From the NCBI GenBank assembly GCA_964016885.1, contig OZ024752.1:40548001-40612000 (forward strand): a stretch of 64,000 nt of DNA, given 5' to 3'. The notes beneath the pieces were generated by a model, which saw only the letters and a program-made list of their open reading frames with translations, searched no databases and was not told the origin of the DNA. The stretch's first letter is position 1. Each line of letters begins with the position of its first letter. Source of the stretch: Eledone cirrhosa (Eukaryota). Below are positions 1-12,700 of this stretch, piece after piece. The position numbers and the translations under genes were made by a program.

Positions 1-699
1 ATCATATATGTATGTATATATGTATGTACATGTATATGTATGTATATGTATATATGTATGTACATGTATATGTATGTATATATATGTGTATGTATCAACA
101 GTCGATCGACAGGATCCCAGACCTCATTCACTTGATGAGTGGAGTGGAGCTTGTCAGATTGGACCGAGGAAACAATGTTTCCATTGGATATTCCAATTGA
201 TAATACTATCTGCCGGTCGCAAATATTGAAGATTAAGAAACTTAATGATTTATTTTTATTCAGAGTGATACTCAACTATAATGTGAAAATATGTGCATGA
301 TCTGATGTCTCTTCTTTTTAATCTTTGGTGTATGCTGCTAAGCATGTATTGGCATGAGTAAATAGAAAATGATGAATAAACAAAGAAAGAAGCTTCCTCA
401 AGGTTATTTTTAGAGGAAAATTATTTTTTTCTTTTTGCATAAATTTTCTGCTCTCTCTGTTTTCAATTAATTTTGAAAATAATAATAAAAAACTTTTTTG
501 AAAAATTTAATAACAGAACAAATTATTTATTTATCTTAATTATAAATTGGTCAAATATACAGAAAAATAAAACAGCATTGGAAAGGACTGTAAATGTCTT
601 AAATGAGAGGAAAAGGAGGGGAAGAACAAGGACTATTAGACAAAGGAAAAAAGAAAGGGGGAAGGGGGTGATGGTGACAGACTCTACACCTAGATCAGA

Positions 700-936
700 A
701 TGGTGTTTTGGCTGCACCCTGCGGACAATGGCCAGCGACACCTGCTGCAACAGCAACCTCACCTTGCGAGACTCCTTTCTCAGAAGATGGGCTGTTATCG
801 ATGATCCAATTGTACAGAGGTGGTCAGCTGTCCAGGGCCCAAGGATGCTCGACGTCTTGACACTGACTGATGCAAACAGGAAATTAATAAAAAAATAGCT
901 AACATTTTCACTAGTGAGCTGATATTTAGAATATTC
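700..936 (-). mobile_element. Degenerate CRE-like non-LTR retrotransposon C-terminal (restriction-like endonuclease region) fragment
   Basis: Translation KY..NFLFASVSVKTSSILGP..IG....LLQQVSLAIVR resembles the F.P.AVET.G..G...FQR.SLA..RGN motif. Confidence 0.55.
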
Positions 937-1123
937 TTCTTCTTCACCCACTTATTCCTGAGAGGATTGTGGGGGGGGGGGGACAGAGTCCTCAAACACT
1001 CCTTCCAGCGGGTCCTGTCAGAAGCAACTGTCTCCAAATGATCTGACTGGATCCCCAAGTGGATCCCCAAGTCTTCCCCTGGGTATCTTGCCGGTTGGTT
1101 TTACCCATAAAATCTGTCCAGTA
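937..1123 (-). mobile_element. 5'-truncated RTE-clade LINE 3' end with 15-bp TSD
   Basis: LGIQSDHLETVASDRTRWKECL, (GAA)n tail; atatttagaatattc at 922-936 and 1124-1138. Confidence 0.7.
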
Positions 1124-1213
1124 ATATTTAGAATATTCCTTAATATAAATTTTGGAAATAAAATTATAAAGAAAGGTTTTAATATTAGTATAAACATCTT
1201 TAGTGAAGTCTCC

Positions 1214-1470
1214 TGGCTTAGTGGTTAGAGAGTTGGATTCGCATTGTGAGGTTGTGAGTTCAATTCTTGAACTGGGCGATGCATTGTGTCCTTGAGCAAG
1301 ACACTTTATTTCACGTTACTCCTTCTGCAAGGAGTTGCGACCAGTAGATAGTATCAGCAATAGAAAGACCAATGCAAACATTGTTTCCTCGGTCTGATTT
1401 GATGATGTCCACCTCACTCGGCAAGTGAATGTGGTCTGGGATCTTGTCGATTGATCAGAGGGTGCGATAA
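1214..1470 (+). mobile_element. tRNA-derived CORE-like SINE (group B); related copies near 95-225(-), 7990-8075, 11314-11535, 12200-12365, 32995-33210(-), 33255-33362
   Basis: A box tggcttagtgg, B box gagttcaattc, CORE-like tgtgtccttgagcaagacactttatttcac. Confidence 0.75.
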
Positions 1471-1706
1471 ACATTTTAAAATGAGCAGTTTTGTGACATA
1501 AATCCAAAGCAGTTTCTTGCAATTTGCTATGAAAAGGGTTAATTATTATTAAAATAACCATTATAATTAATTTTCTTTATCATATTGTTATGTGATGTTA
1601 TAACTGAACTTAGGAAGAATTGTCATTTCTTTCAGAAGAAATATTTCTTAGTTGGAATTTCTATATTATAAATTTTATTTGTCTACAAAGACATGGTGTT
1701 ATTAGG

Positions 1707-2760
1707 TGGATTGGTAGAATTGGTAGAGCGTCGGATGCCATGCTTTGGATTGGTAGAATTGGTAGAGCGTCGGACGCCATGCTTTGGATTGGTAGAATTG
1801 GTAGAGCGTCGGACACCATGCTTTGGATTGGTAGTATTGGTAGAGCGTCGGACACCATGCTTTGGATTGGTAGAATTGGTAGAGCGTCGGACACTATGCT
1901 TTGGATTGGTAGAATTGGTAGAGCGTTGGACACCATGCTTTGGATTGGTAGTATTGGTAGAGCATTGGACACCATGCTTTGGATTGGTAGAATTGGTAGA
2001 GCGTCGGACACCATGCTTTGGATTGGTAGAATTGGTAGAGCGTTGGACACCATGCTTTGGATTGGTAGTATTGGTAGAGCATTGGACACCATGCTTTGGA
2101 TTGGTAGAATTGGTAGAGCGTCGGACACCATGCTTTGGATTGGTAGAATTGGTAGAGCGTCGGACACCATGCTTTGGATTGGTAGAATTGGTAGAGCGTT
2201 GGACACCATGCTTTGGATTGGTAGTATTGGTAGAGCATTGGACACCATGCTTTGGATTGGTAGAATTGGTAGAGCGTCGGACACCATGCTTTGGATTGGT
2301 AGAATTGGTAGAGCGTCGGACACCATGCTTTGGATTGGTAGAATTGGTAGAGCGTCGGACACCATGCTTTGGATTGGTAGAATTGGTAGAGCGTCGGATG
2401 CCATGCTTTGGATTGGTAGAATTGGTAGAGCGTCGGACACCATGCTTTGGATTGGTAGAATTGGTAGAGCGTCGGACACCATGCTTTGGATTGGTAGAAT
2501 TGGTAGAGCGTTGGACACCATGCTTTGGATTGGTAGAATTGGTAGAGCGTTGGACACCATGCTTTGGATTGGTAGAATTGGTAGAGCGTCGGACACCATG
2601 CTTTGGATTGGTAGAATTGGTAGAGCGTTGGACACCATGCTTTGGATTGGTAGTATTGGTAGAGCATTGGACACCATGCTTTGGATTGGTAGAATTGGTA
2701 GAGCGTCGGACACCATGCTTTGGATTGGTAGAATTGGTAGAGCGTCGGACGCCATGCTTT
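1707..2760 (+). repeat. 39-bp minisatellite (~27 copies) derived from the group A SINE head
   Basis: Unit tggattggtagaattggtagagcgtcggacaccatgctt; last unit runs on into a SINE body to ~2905. Confidence 0.95.
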
Positions 2761-4355
2761 GCAGCATAGAATTACGTCCCTTTACAGTCTGAGTTCAAAT
2801 CCTGTTGAGGTTAACTTTGCCTTTCATCCTTACGGGGTCGATAAAATAAAGTACCAGTAATGCACTGGGGTAATTGCTGGCCTTGTGCCAAAAATAGAAC
2901 CAGTTATTTACATTTGATGCTAGTGTAGTTGTCTGATATTATGTGCATGTGTGTGTGTGCGTGTGTGTGTGTGTGAGAGAGAGAGGAGTGTGTGTAAGAG
3001 TGAGTGTGTGTGAGAGAGACTTTGCAAATATCAATGTGAAGAAATGAAGAATTTGATTACCATTAAATGTTTAGCTTCTATTATTCCAGTGTATTATTTA
3101 ACTTGGATTGGCAGTATCGGTAGAGAGTCGGACGCCATGCTTTGACGCATAGAGTTACGGCCCTTGCCATTCTGAGTTCAAATCCCGCCGAGGTTAACTT
3201 TGCCTTTCATCCTTACGAGGGTCGATAAAATAAAGTACCAGTAATGCACTGGGTAATTGCTGGCCTTGTGCCAAAAAGTAGAAACAATTATTTAACTTTT
3301 AACATCCTGTCATGATTTAGCAGAATATGAGCTTATCTAAAAACAGCTTTGTTAATTCAAATATTTATAGTATCTTTACTAGTGGATAGATCGTTGTGAA
3401 GATATACAGTATTAGAGTAAAGACTAACTTTTAATTGTTTCTACATTAGGCACAAGGCCAGCAAATTACCCAGTACATTACTGGTACTTTATTTTATCGA
3501 CCCCGTAAGCATGAATAAATTATAATTGTTTCTACTTTAGCACAAGGCCAGCAATTATCTCAGTGTATTACTGGTACTTTATTTTATCGACCCTGTAAGG
3601 ATGAAAGGCAAAGTTTACCTCGGCGGGATTTGAACTCAGAATGGCAAGGGTCGTAACTCTATGCATCAAAGCATGGCGTCCAACCCTCTACCGATACTGC
3701 CAATCCAAATGTGGTACAGTCATAGTGCTGTTTTGTACTTTTTCTTCAAGAATGTCTTGTTAATGTGATTTCATGTGATACAGGACATTAAGAATTAAAT
3801 ACAATACCTTTGATTCTTTGGACACCATGTTTTGCACAATAGAGTTATGGCTCTTTACGTTCTGAGTTCAAATCCTACAGAGGTTAGCTTTGCCATTCAT
3901 CCTTACAGGGTCGATAAAATAAAGTACCAGTAATGCAATGGGGTTGATTCAATCGACTTTCCCCTCTCCCAAATTTGTTGACCTTGTGCCCAAAGTAGAA
4001 ACAATTATTATTTTTATTATCATTATTGGTGGATTGGCAGTATCGGTAGAGCGTCAGACAATATGCTTTGCAGCATAGAGTTATGGCCCTTTACGTTATG
4101 GGTTCAAATCCCGCCAAGGTTAACTCTGCCTTTGATCCTTATGGGGTCGATTTAATCGACTCCCCCCCCCAATTACTGGCCTTGTGCCTATAGTAGAAAT
4201 CATTATTATTATTGGCAGAGTTATGGCCCTTTATGTTTTGAGTTCAAATCCCGCCAAGGTTAACTTTGTCTTTCATCCTTACAGGGTTAATAAAATAAAG
4301 TACCAGTAATGCAATGGTGTAATTGCTGGCCTTGTGCCAAAAGTAGAAACAATTA
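2730..4355. mobile_element. Cluster of tRNA-derived group A SINEs (~190 bp) in both orientations
   Basis: A box tggcagtatcgg, B box gagttcaaatc, body gcctttcatccttacggggtcgataaaataaagtaccag, (att) tail. About 25-30 copies across the window, e.g. 9993(-), 30438, 30830, 39241, 39443, 40642, 43030, 44461, 57595-58435, 59600(-), 62130, 62950(-). Confidence 0.88.
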
Positions 4356-4960
4356 TTTTTATTGTCTTGTTATGAAAAGTTCCTCTACTATTCTGATGTT
4401 GCTTCACTAACTTTCCTTTGGCTGATACAACTATCTCAAAATGCTTTTATTTATTTCTAATTTTTGTAATTTTATTTTCAGTTTCTGTAAATTGTAGATA
4501 AAATTTACTTATTATCATTAAGTCATATTAAATATTTACCAATTATAAAATCTTTGTGATTTTTTTTTTGTTTAATTCTCAGTAATTCAGTTGTAAAATC
4601 AATTCTGAGGAAACTTTGAAATAATTTGTAAGAAAAAAAAAATAAAAAAAAAAAGATTTGTGATATAATATTTTGTTTATTAAAAAAGTAAATCTCTGAA
4701 ATATATTCAATAGAATATTCTTGGTTATATTATTTTAAATGTAAAATAAATTTTCAATTGAAAAAAAACAAACAAGCATATATTTAAAGAAACACAACAC
4801 AAGTAATAATAAATATATGAATATTTGGTAAATTGAATATTGTCAATTTAGTAAAATGTTTTGTTTTTCTTTTTCCTTTTCTTGTTTTTCTCTTTTGTTT
4901 TTGTTGACTTTATCGTTAGAAAGTGTGCTGGGGGAAAGAACATTAATTTAGCTGCAAGTT

Positions 4961-7185
4961 TGTGTGTATCTGGTTTAGAAAAGGTACACTGTATCACTGT
5001 GTGTATCTGGTTTAGAATAGGTACACTGTATCCCTGTGTGTATCTGGTTTAGAAAAGGTACACTGTATCCCTGTGTGTATCTGGTTTAGAAAAGGTACAC
5101 TGTATCCCTGTGTGTATCTGGTTTAGAAAAGGTACACTGTATCACTGTGTGTATCTGGTTTAGAATAGGTACACTGTATAATGTGTGTATCTGGTTTAGA
5201 ATAGGTACACTGTATCCCTGTGTGTATCTGGTTTAGAATAGGTACACTGTATAATGTGTGTATCTGGTTTAGAATAGGTACACTGTATCCCTGTGTGTAT
5301 CTGGTTTAGAATAGGTACACTGTATAATGTGTGTATCTGGTTTAGAATAGGTACACTGTATCCCTGTGTGTATCTGGTTTAGAATAGGTACACTGTATAA
5401 TGTGTGTATCTGGTTTAGAATAGGTACACTGTATCCCTGTGTGTATCTGGTTTAGAAAAGGTACACTGTATCACTGTGTGTATCTGGTTTAGAAAAGGTA
5501 CACTGTATAATGTGTGTATCTGGTTTAGAAAAGGTACACTGTATCACTGTGTGTATCTGGTTTAGAAAAGGTACACTGTATAATGTGTGTATCTGGTTTA
5601 GAAAAGGTACACTGTATCACTGTGTATCTGGTTTAGAAAAGGTACACTGTATCCCTGTGTGTATCTGGTTTAGAAAAGGTACACTGTATCACTGTGTGTA
5701 TCTGGTTTAGAAAAGGTACACTGTATAATGTGTGTATCTGGTTTAGAAAAGGTACACTGTATCACTGTGTGTATCTGGTTTAGAAAAGGTACACTGTATA
5801 ATGTGTGTATCTGGTTTAGAAAAGGTACACTGTATCACTGTGTATCTGGTTTAGAAAAGGTACACTGTATCCCTGTGTGTATCTGGTTTAGAAAAGGTAC
5901 ACTGTATCACTGTGTGTATCTGGTTTAGAAAAGGTACACTGTATCTCTGTGTATCTGGTTTAGAAAAGGTACACTGTATAATGTGTGTATCTGGTTTAGA
6001 ATAGGTACACTGTATAATGTGTGTATCTGGTTTAGAAAAGGTACACTGTATCACTGTGTGTATCTGGTTTAGAAAAGGTACACTGTATCCCTGTGTGTAT
6101 CTGGTTTAGAATAGGTACACTGTATAATGTGTGTATCTGGTTTAGAATAGGTACACTGTATCCCTGTGTGTATCTGGTTTAGAATAGGTACACTGTATAA
6201 TGTGTGTATCTGGTTTAGAATAGGTACACTGTATCCCTGTGTGTATCTGGTTTAGAATAGGTACACTGTATCCCTGTGTGTATCTGGTTTAGAATAGGTA
6301 CACTGTATCCCTGTGTATCTGGTTTAGAAAAGGTACACTGTATCACTGTGTGTATCTGGTTTAGAATAGGTACACTGTATAATGTGTGTATCTGGTTTAG
6401 AATAGGTACACTGTATCCCTGTGTGTATCTGGTTTAGAATAGGTACACTGTATCCCTGTGTGTATCTGGTTTAGAATAGGTACACTGTATCCCTGTGTGT
6501 ATCTGGTTTAGAAAAGGTACACTGTATCCCTGTGTGTATCTGGTTTAGAAAAGGTACACTGTATCACTGTGTGTATCTGGTTTAGAAAAGGTACACTGTA
6601 TATCAGTGTATCTGGTTTAGAAAAGGTACACTGTATAATGTGTGTATCTGGTTTATAATAGGTACACTGTATCCCTGTGTGTATCTGGTTTAGAATAGGT
6701 ACACTGTATATCAGTGTATCTGGTTTAGAAAAGGTACACTGTATAATGTGTGTATCTGGTTTATAATAGGTACACTGTATCCCTGTGTGTATCTGGTTTA
6801 GAATAGGTACACTGTATATCAGTGTATCTGGTTTAGAATAGGTACACTGTATCCCTGTGTGTATCTGGTTTAGAAAAGGTACACTGTATAATGTGTGTAT
6901 CTGGTTTAGAAAAGGTACACTGTATCACTGTGTGTATCTGGTTTAGAATAGGTACACTGTATAATGTGTATCTGGTTTAGAATAGGTACACTGTATCCCT
7001 GTGTGTATCTGGTTTAGAAAAGGTACACTGTATAATGTGTGTATCTGGTTTAGAAAAGGTACACTGTATAATGTGTGTATCTGGTTTAGAAAAGGTACAC
7101 TGTATCACTGTGTGTATCTGGTTTAGAAAAGGTACACTGTATCCCTGTGTATCTGGTTTAGAAAAGGTACACTGTATCACTGTGT
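4961..7185. repeat. ~39-40-bp minisatellite, ~2.2 kb
   Basis: Unit tgtgtgtatctggtttagaa(a/t)aggtacactgtat(ccc/cac/aa). Confidence 0.97.
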
Positions 7186-7817
7186 CTGTGTGTCATAAAA
7201 GGTCCACTAAAGGAGTTGGCATCATGAAGGGCTCTGGTTGTAAAACAATGGCTCAGAAAGGACCCTAAGATGAGTAAGAAATTTGATATGGAAAGGATGT
7301 TATACACTTAATAATTTACTGTATTTTCATGGTAAAGGCTTTACTTCACATAACATCAAATCTATGAGATTTTGATATTATTTATTTTGAGAACAATACC
7401 TTAACATTAATATGAGTGGCTGGTTTGAATAGAAAGCAGTGAGAAAATTCTGGTTAGATACAGCCAGTTTAACATTAGCATTTACATTACTCTATATATG
7501 CTATTGTATCTTTGTGGTAACGGCTTTACTTTACTTAATTATTTCTTATAATATTGAATCTACGAAATTTGTATCTTATTTATTTTGTAAACAATACCTT
7601 AACGTCAATATGAGTAGCTGGTTACAGCCGGTTTGAATAGAAAGAGGTGAGAGAATTCTCACCAGATACAACCGGTTTAAATGCTAACGGGTTAAATATA
7701 ATTAGTAACACTCAAAATGAAAAAAATTCTGTGTGACTGGTGATATTTAAGAATTTGTAGTCATCTATTTTAGTAGTATTTCCACTGCTTAAAAACCTTC
7801 ATTAATATTTATTTCAG

Positions 7818-7879
7818 ACTTTCTTCGTCGGTGGTGTTTACTGGAACATGGTATACTTAGTTATTATACTGACAAAAAG
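7818..7879 (+). CDS. ARAP: ARAP exon, PH domain start (xFLRRWCLLEHGILSYYTDKK)
   Basis: tttcag acceptor, gtatgt donor, PH beta-strand motif RRWC. Confidence 0.88.
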
Positions 7880-9686
7880 GTATGTAATATGGATATTTGA
7901 TATCTGTTTTCTATTAAGTTGGAACATTCCAGCACATACACATACAAAAATATACCATGTAGCTTATGAGAGGGATGACAATTTTTTATCTTAAACGTTG
8001 GGCTTACAATCCTGAGGTTGTGAGTTCGATTCTCAGACTGGGCTTTGCGTTGTGTTCTTGAGCAAAACACCTCATTGTTGGCAGTGTTTATGATGTAAAT
8101 CAAAATGTAGAGTTATGTTGTTATTATTTAACTCCAGGATAACCCTGATAATGTACACCTATAATAAAAGGCACTCTAACCTTGACCATCCCATATTTTC
8201 CTTAGACTCAATACACTCAGAACCGCATCTGATATGTCTTTCTTAAGACAGTGAAGTGTAATTTGATGGAGTTTTGGTTCATGATTCTAACAGGTTAACC
8301 AACCATCAAGAGGCTCTTAAGCTGGCTTGTAAATATTATTTATATATATTACGAGGTTAACTTTGCCTTTCATCCTTCCGGGGTCGATAAAATAAAGTAC
8401 CAGTAATGCATTGGGTAATTGCTGGCCTTGTGCCAAAAGTAGAAACAATTATTTATATATATTACTATAATGTATTCTATGCATGAGATTAATATTAAAA
8501 CTAGGACCTTTGATTACATATTTTAAATTATGTTTATAAATCTTTGTTTCCTTGCTTTTTTGTAGAATAATGTTGCCCGTGGAAGCATTGATAATTCCCA
8601 GATGTTGGTTATACAGGCAACACATACAGAAAAGTAAATCTTATTCACTTCTTATTTCATGCAGTTCACATTTTGTTTCTTTAGTATATTGGAAAATAAC
8701 CTACAAGTTATGTCTGTGTATTATTTTGTTGTTGCTTTGCTCCAGCCCAGCCATGATTATCAGACTCATGATAAAAGTTTGTATATTTATAGACTTGACA
8801 ACCCCACCTTGTTTTCAAAAATAGTGTATCTAAGATTTCCTGATTTACTGTACCCCCTTTTTTTTTTGTTTCGAAAGACCGTAGTATGTGATTTAGTGGG
8901 GATTTGACTGCTGCTTCTAGTAGGGTCCTTCTCAGTACAGCATCTTTCCACATATCGCATTCCTTTGTTATCTCCTTGGAGAAGGATGGGCTCCGCCAGG
9001 CTTTAAATGGCCAAGAAACGTTATATGTCAATACGGTGCCCCTATGGCTCTATCAGGAGTTACGGGACCATACATACATGGTTTTGGCTGCCAACTCGTT
9101 TTCGAGTACGGCCACTACTTTATATCCATGTAGGAGAACCCCTACCGATGTGCTGAACGAGTGTGACTTTTTAGTCCAGCCAGCGACTTGAAAACTCTGG
9201 TACAAACACTACACTTGTGACAATTATTGACACATAGTGCTGGGCCCATGGTACCATGTGACGATAAGTGCAGAGAGATCTCCAGATATAAAGCAATGCC
9301 TGTGCCGTGAAGCTTTTATAGTGAGCAAAGGCACTGCACAAAGCCAGTCCCACTCTCTTAACCAAGATGATATTTACCAAAAAGAAGAACAAGTCAACAT
9401 CATTGGATACCATCAGAGTTGCAGGTGTTATATCAGAGTTTTCCTTCTCCTAGAATTCTGCCTTGACAAAGGCTAAGGGGTCATCTCTCCCGGTGATTTT
9501 GGATGGCCATTGACTCTTAAGAGCTCCTCTGCCCTTTGACAGGTTTTGTTTTTAGTCCTGCAGGATGTCCAAAGTCACCCTCCTCACCAAGAAACCTTGG
9601 TGGGGTTGCCAGTTTAGTCGCCAACGACCCGACCGTGAGACAGGTTGTACTGGGATACATGTTACCAGTAGCACCAACTGGTGACC

Positions 9687-9724
<38 letters not shown>

Positions 9725-12700
9725 CTGTGAAGGTGAACAGCCATCATATTTTCTCTCTTATTTTTGTCTGGTGTAGACTATTAATAATTCTCTGATTCTG
9801 TTTTTGTCTTCAGATATAAACATTCCTTTGAGCTTAGCACAACACAGAACAGTAACAGGATTTACCAATTTGCTACTGATGACTTAGAAGAACAGACTAA
9901 ATGGATGCAGGCAATAGCCAAGGTTAGTCAACAACAAGGAAATCTGTTATACTGTATACATTATTGCTTTTGGGTGACATTGACCTCCAAAATAATTGTT
10001 TCTACTTTTGGCACAAGGCCAGCAATTATTCAGTACATTACTGGTACTTTATTTTATCGATCCCGTAAGGATGAAAGACAAAGTTAACCTGAGCGGAATT
10101 TGAACTCAGTCTGTAAAGGGACATAAGTATGCTGGAAAGTATGGCGACCGACTCTCTACCGGCCAATCCACCATAATGAAAGACACTTGTGCTTGTCAGG
10201 ATTTAAATCTAGAGTGCAGAAAGCCTAAACAAATGGCAGAAAATTTTAATGATTCTGTCAATTTTCTGCCTTGCTCTACTTATGACACCTATGTTTCTCA
10301 AACAAGTAGGTTTGACATTGTTTAACTGTGTTGATCAGATAAGAACTGATATGGTCAATGTAATATGGCTACAGTAAAAGTTCAACAAAGAATGATGCAC
10401 CTTACCTTGCAGGCCACTGCATCACACACAATGATGTGGTGGCACACAAGTTAGAGCTTTGGCATCACGTAATGATGAGGTGGCACACAAGTTAGAGCTT
10501 TGGCATCACGTAATGATGAGGTGGCACACAAGTTAGAGCTTTGGCATCACGTAATGATGAGGTGGCACACAAGTTAGAGCTTTGGCATCACGTAATGATG
10601 AGGTGGCACACAAGTTAGAGCTTTAGTATCACACATAATGATGAGGTGGCACACAAGTTAGAGCTTTAGTATCACACATAATGATGAGGTGGCACACAAG
10701 TTAGAGCTTTAGTATCACACATAATGATGAGGTAGCACACAAGTTAGAGCTTTGGCATCACACATAATGATGAGGTGGCACACAAGTTAGAGCTTTGGCA
10801 TCACATAATGATGAGGTGGCACACAAGTTAGAGCTTTGGCATCACACATAATGATGAGGTGGCACACAAGTTAGAGCTTTGGCATCACGTAATGATGAGG
10901 TGGCACACAAGTTAGAGCTTTAGTATCACACATAATGATGAGGTGGCACACAAGTTAGAGCTTTAGTATCACACATAATGATGAGGTAGCACACAAGTTA
11001 GAGCTTTGGCATCACATAATGATGAGGTGGCACACAAGTTAGAGCTTTGGCATCACGTAATGATGAGGTGGCACACAAGTTAGAGCTTTGGCTTCACGTA
11101 ATGATGAGGTGGCACACAAGTTAGAACTTTAGTATCACACATACTGATGAGGTGGCACACAAGTTAGAGCTTTGGCATCACACAATGATGAGGTGGCACA
11201 CAAGTTAGAGCTTTGGCATCACATAATGATGAGGTGGCACACAAGTTAGAGCTTTGGCATCACACAATGATGAGGTGGCACACAAGTTAGAGCTTTAGTA
11301 TCACACATGCGTTAAGGCATGTGGCTGAGTGGTTAAAGAATAGGATTCGTAATTGTGAGGTTGTGAGTTCAATTCCTGGACTGGGCGGTGGGTTATGACC
11401 TTGGGCAAGACACTTTATTTCATGTTGCTCCTTCTACCTGGAGTTGCGACCGATAGATAGTATTAGCAATTAGAAATACCAATGGAAACATTGTTACCTT
11501 GGTCCGATTTGACAAAAGTCAATCAACTGTCAATTGATGAGGTGGCAAATAAGTTTAAAGGAAAGGAATGTTTCTCTTTGTTGAATAACTAAAAGAACAA
11601 TCAGATCTAACGATCATTTTATTAAATGCGATAATTTAATAAATTTCCTACAACGTCAATATTTTGAGGAGCGAATCCTTCCACATCTGTTCATGTCCGC
11701 GGTCCAAAGAGAGTGAGTGAACCTGCGTCTGTGACCGGTTGTATATTACCTCCGCTCTCTGAAGAGTTGTTAAAGGGAGGCAACTGCTAGTTGGCAAGCG
11801 ACCATCTCAGCCACTACATTCACCTCGGAGCAGATTTTCTGTCGAAAAATCATTAACAATGAAGCGCGGGAAAACAAAATGTTTGAGTCGCCATTTGCAA
11901 TTTCAACAGAACGTTGAAAGCAAAATGAGTCAACATCATTTGCCGTCCTTCGCAAGCGACATCAAGTTGTGGTTTGCGCAGCTGGCAACCTAGTGAGGGA
12001 AGGACCTGTAGAGGAAGGAGAAAAATCACCTATGTGGACACTCTGCTAGAAGAAACAGAGATAGTGACAGTAGAGGAGCTGAAAACCACCATGAATGACC
12101 ATGGCGTGTGGAATCAGTGGAGCGTCCCACTGGACAACCGAGGATTAGATATAAGATAAGATAGCTAGAAATTGCTTTCACTAGTTGTATATAAGAAATT
12201 GCGCATGGCTTAGTGGTTAGAGCATTGGGCTTGCAATCGAAAGGTTGTGAGTTCAATTCTCGGACCGGGTGATGTGTTGTTTTCTTGAGCAAGACACTTT
12301 ATTTCACATTGCTCCAGTTTACTCAGCTGTAGAAATGAGATGATAGGACTAGGGTCCCTATCATTAAATTACCCAAGACACCTCCGATATATACCTTGGA
12401 GGAGGCCAGCTAAACCTGCATAGGTGTGAGCTGTCACACACACATATATAAGAAATTCTCCTTATCATCTCCTGCGTAAGTTAAGATACATTGATTTTAT
12501 TTTATATTCTAGGTTTTCAGTCCTGCTGAAGGTTTTATAAAACTATCAGAATCCATTTTTGATCTTGCTGGTATCTTTTATATCAAATGGCATGGAATTG
12601 TAAGTCTATGTTTGTTTCTTTTTGAGTTTTAATATATTTATTGTGCTTGTGACCTTAGTTGACCTTAGTTCCAATGAAATATTCCACTCATCTGTTTTAA

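Noticed and set aside
1620-2792. 390-aa and overlapping repeat ORFs
   Set aside because: Translations of a 39-bp SINE-derived array, open in several frames on both strands.
4920-4957. Possible upstream ARAP exon (KCAGGKNINLAA) after a pyrimidine tract
   Set aside because: Phase would fit, but the donor is weak and there is no recognisable PH-start motif; needs RNA-seq.
12200-12275. tRNA gene
   Set aside because: tRNA-like SINE head running into a CORE-like body; no complete cloverleaf or terminator evident.
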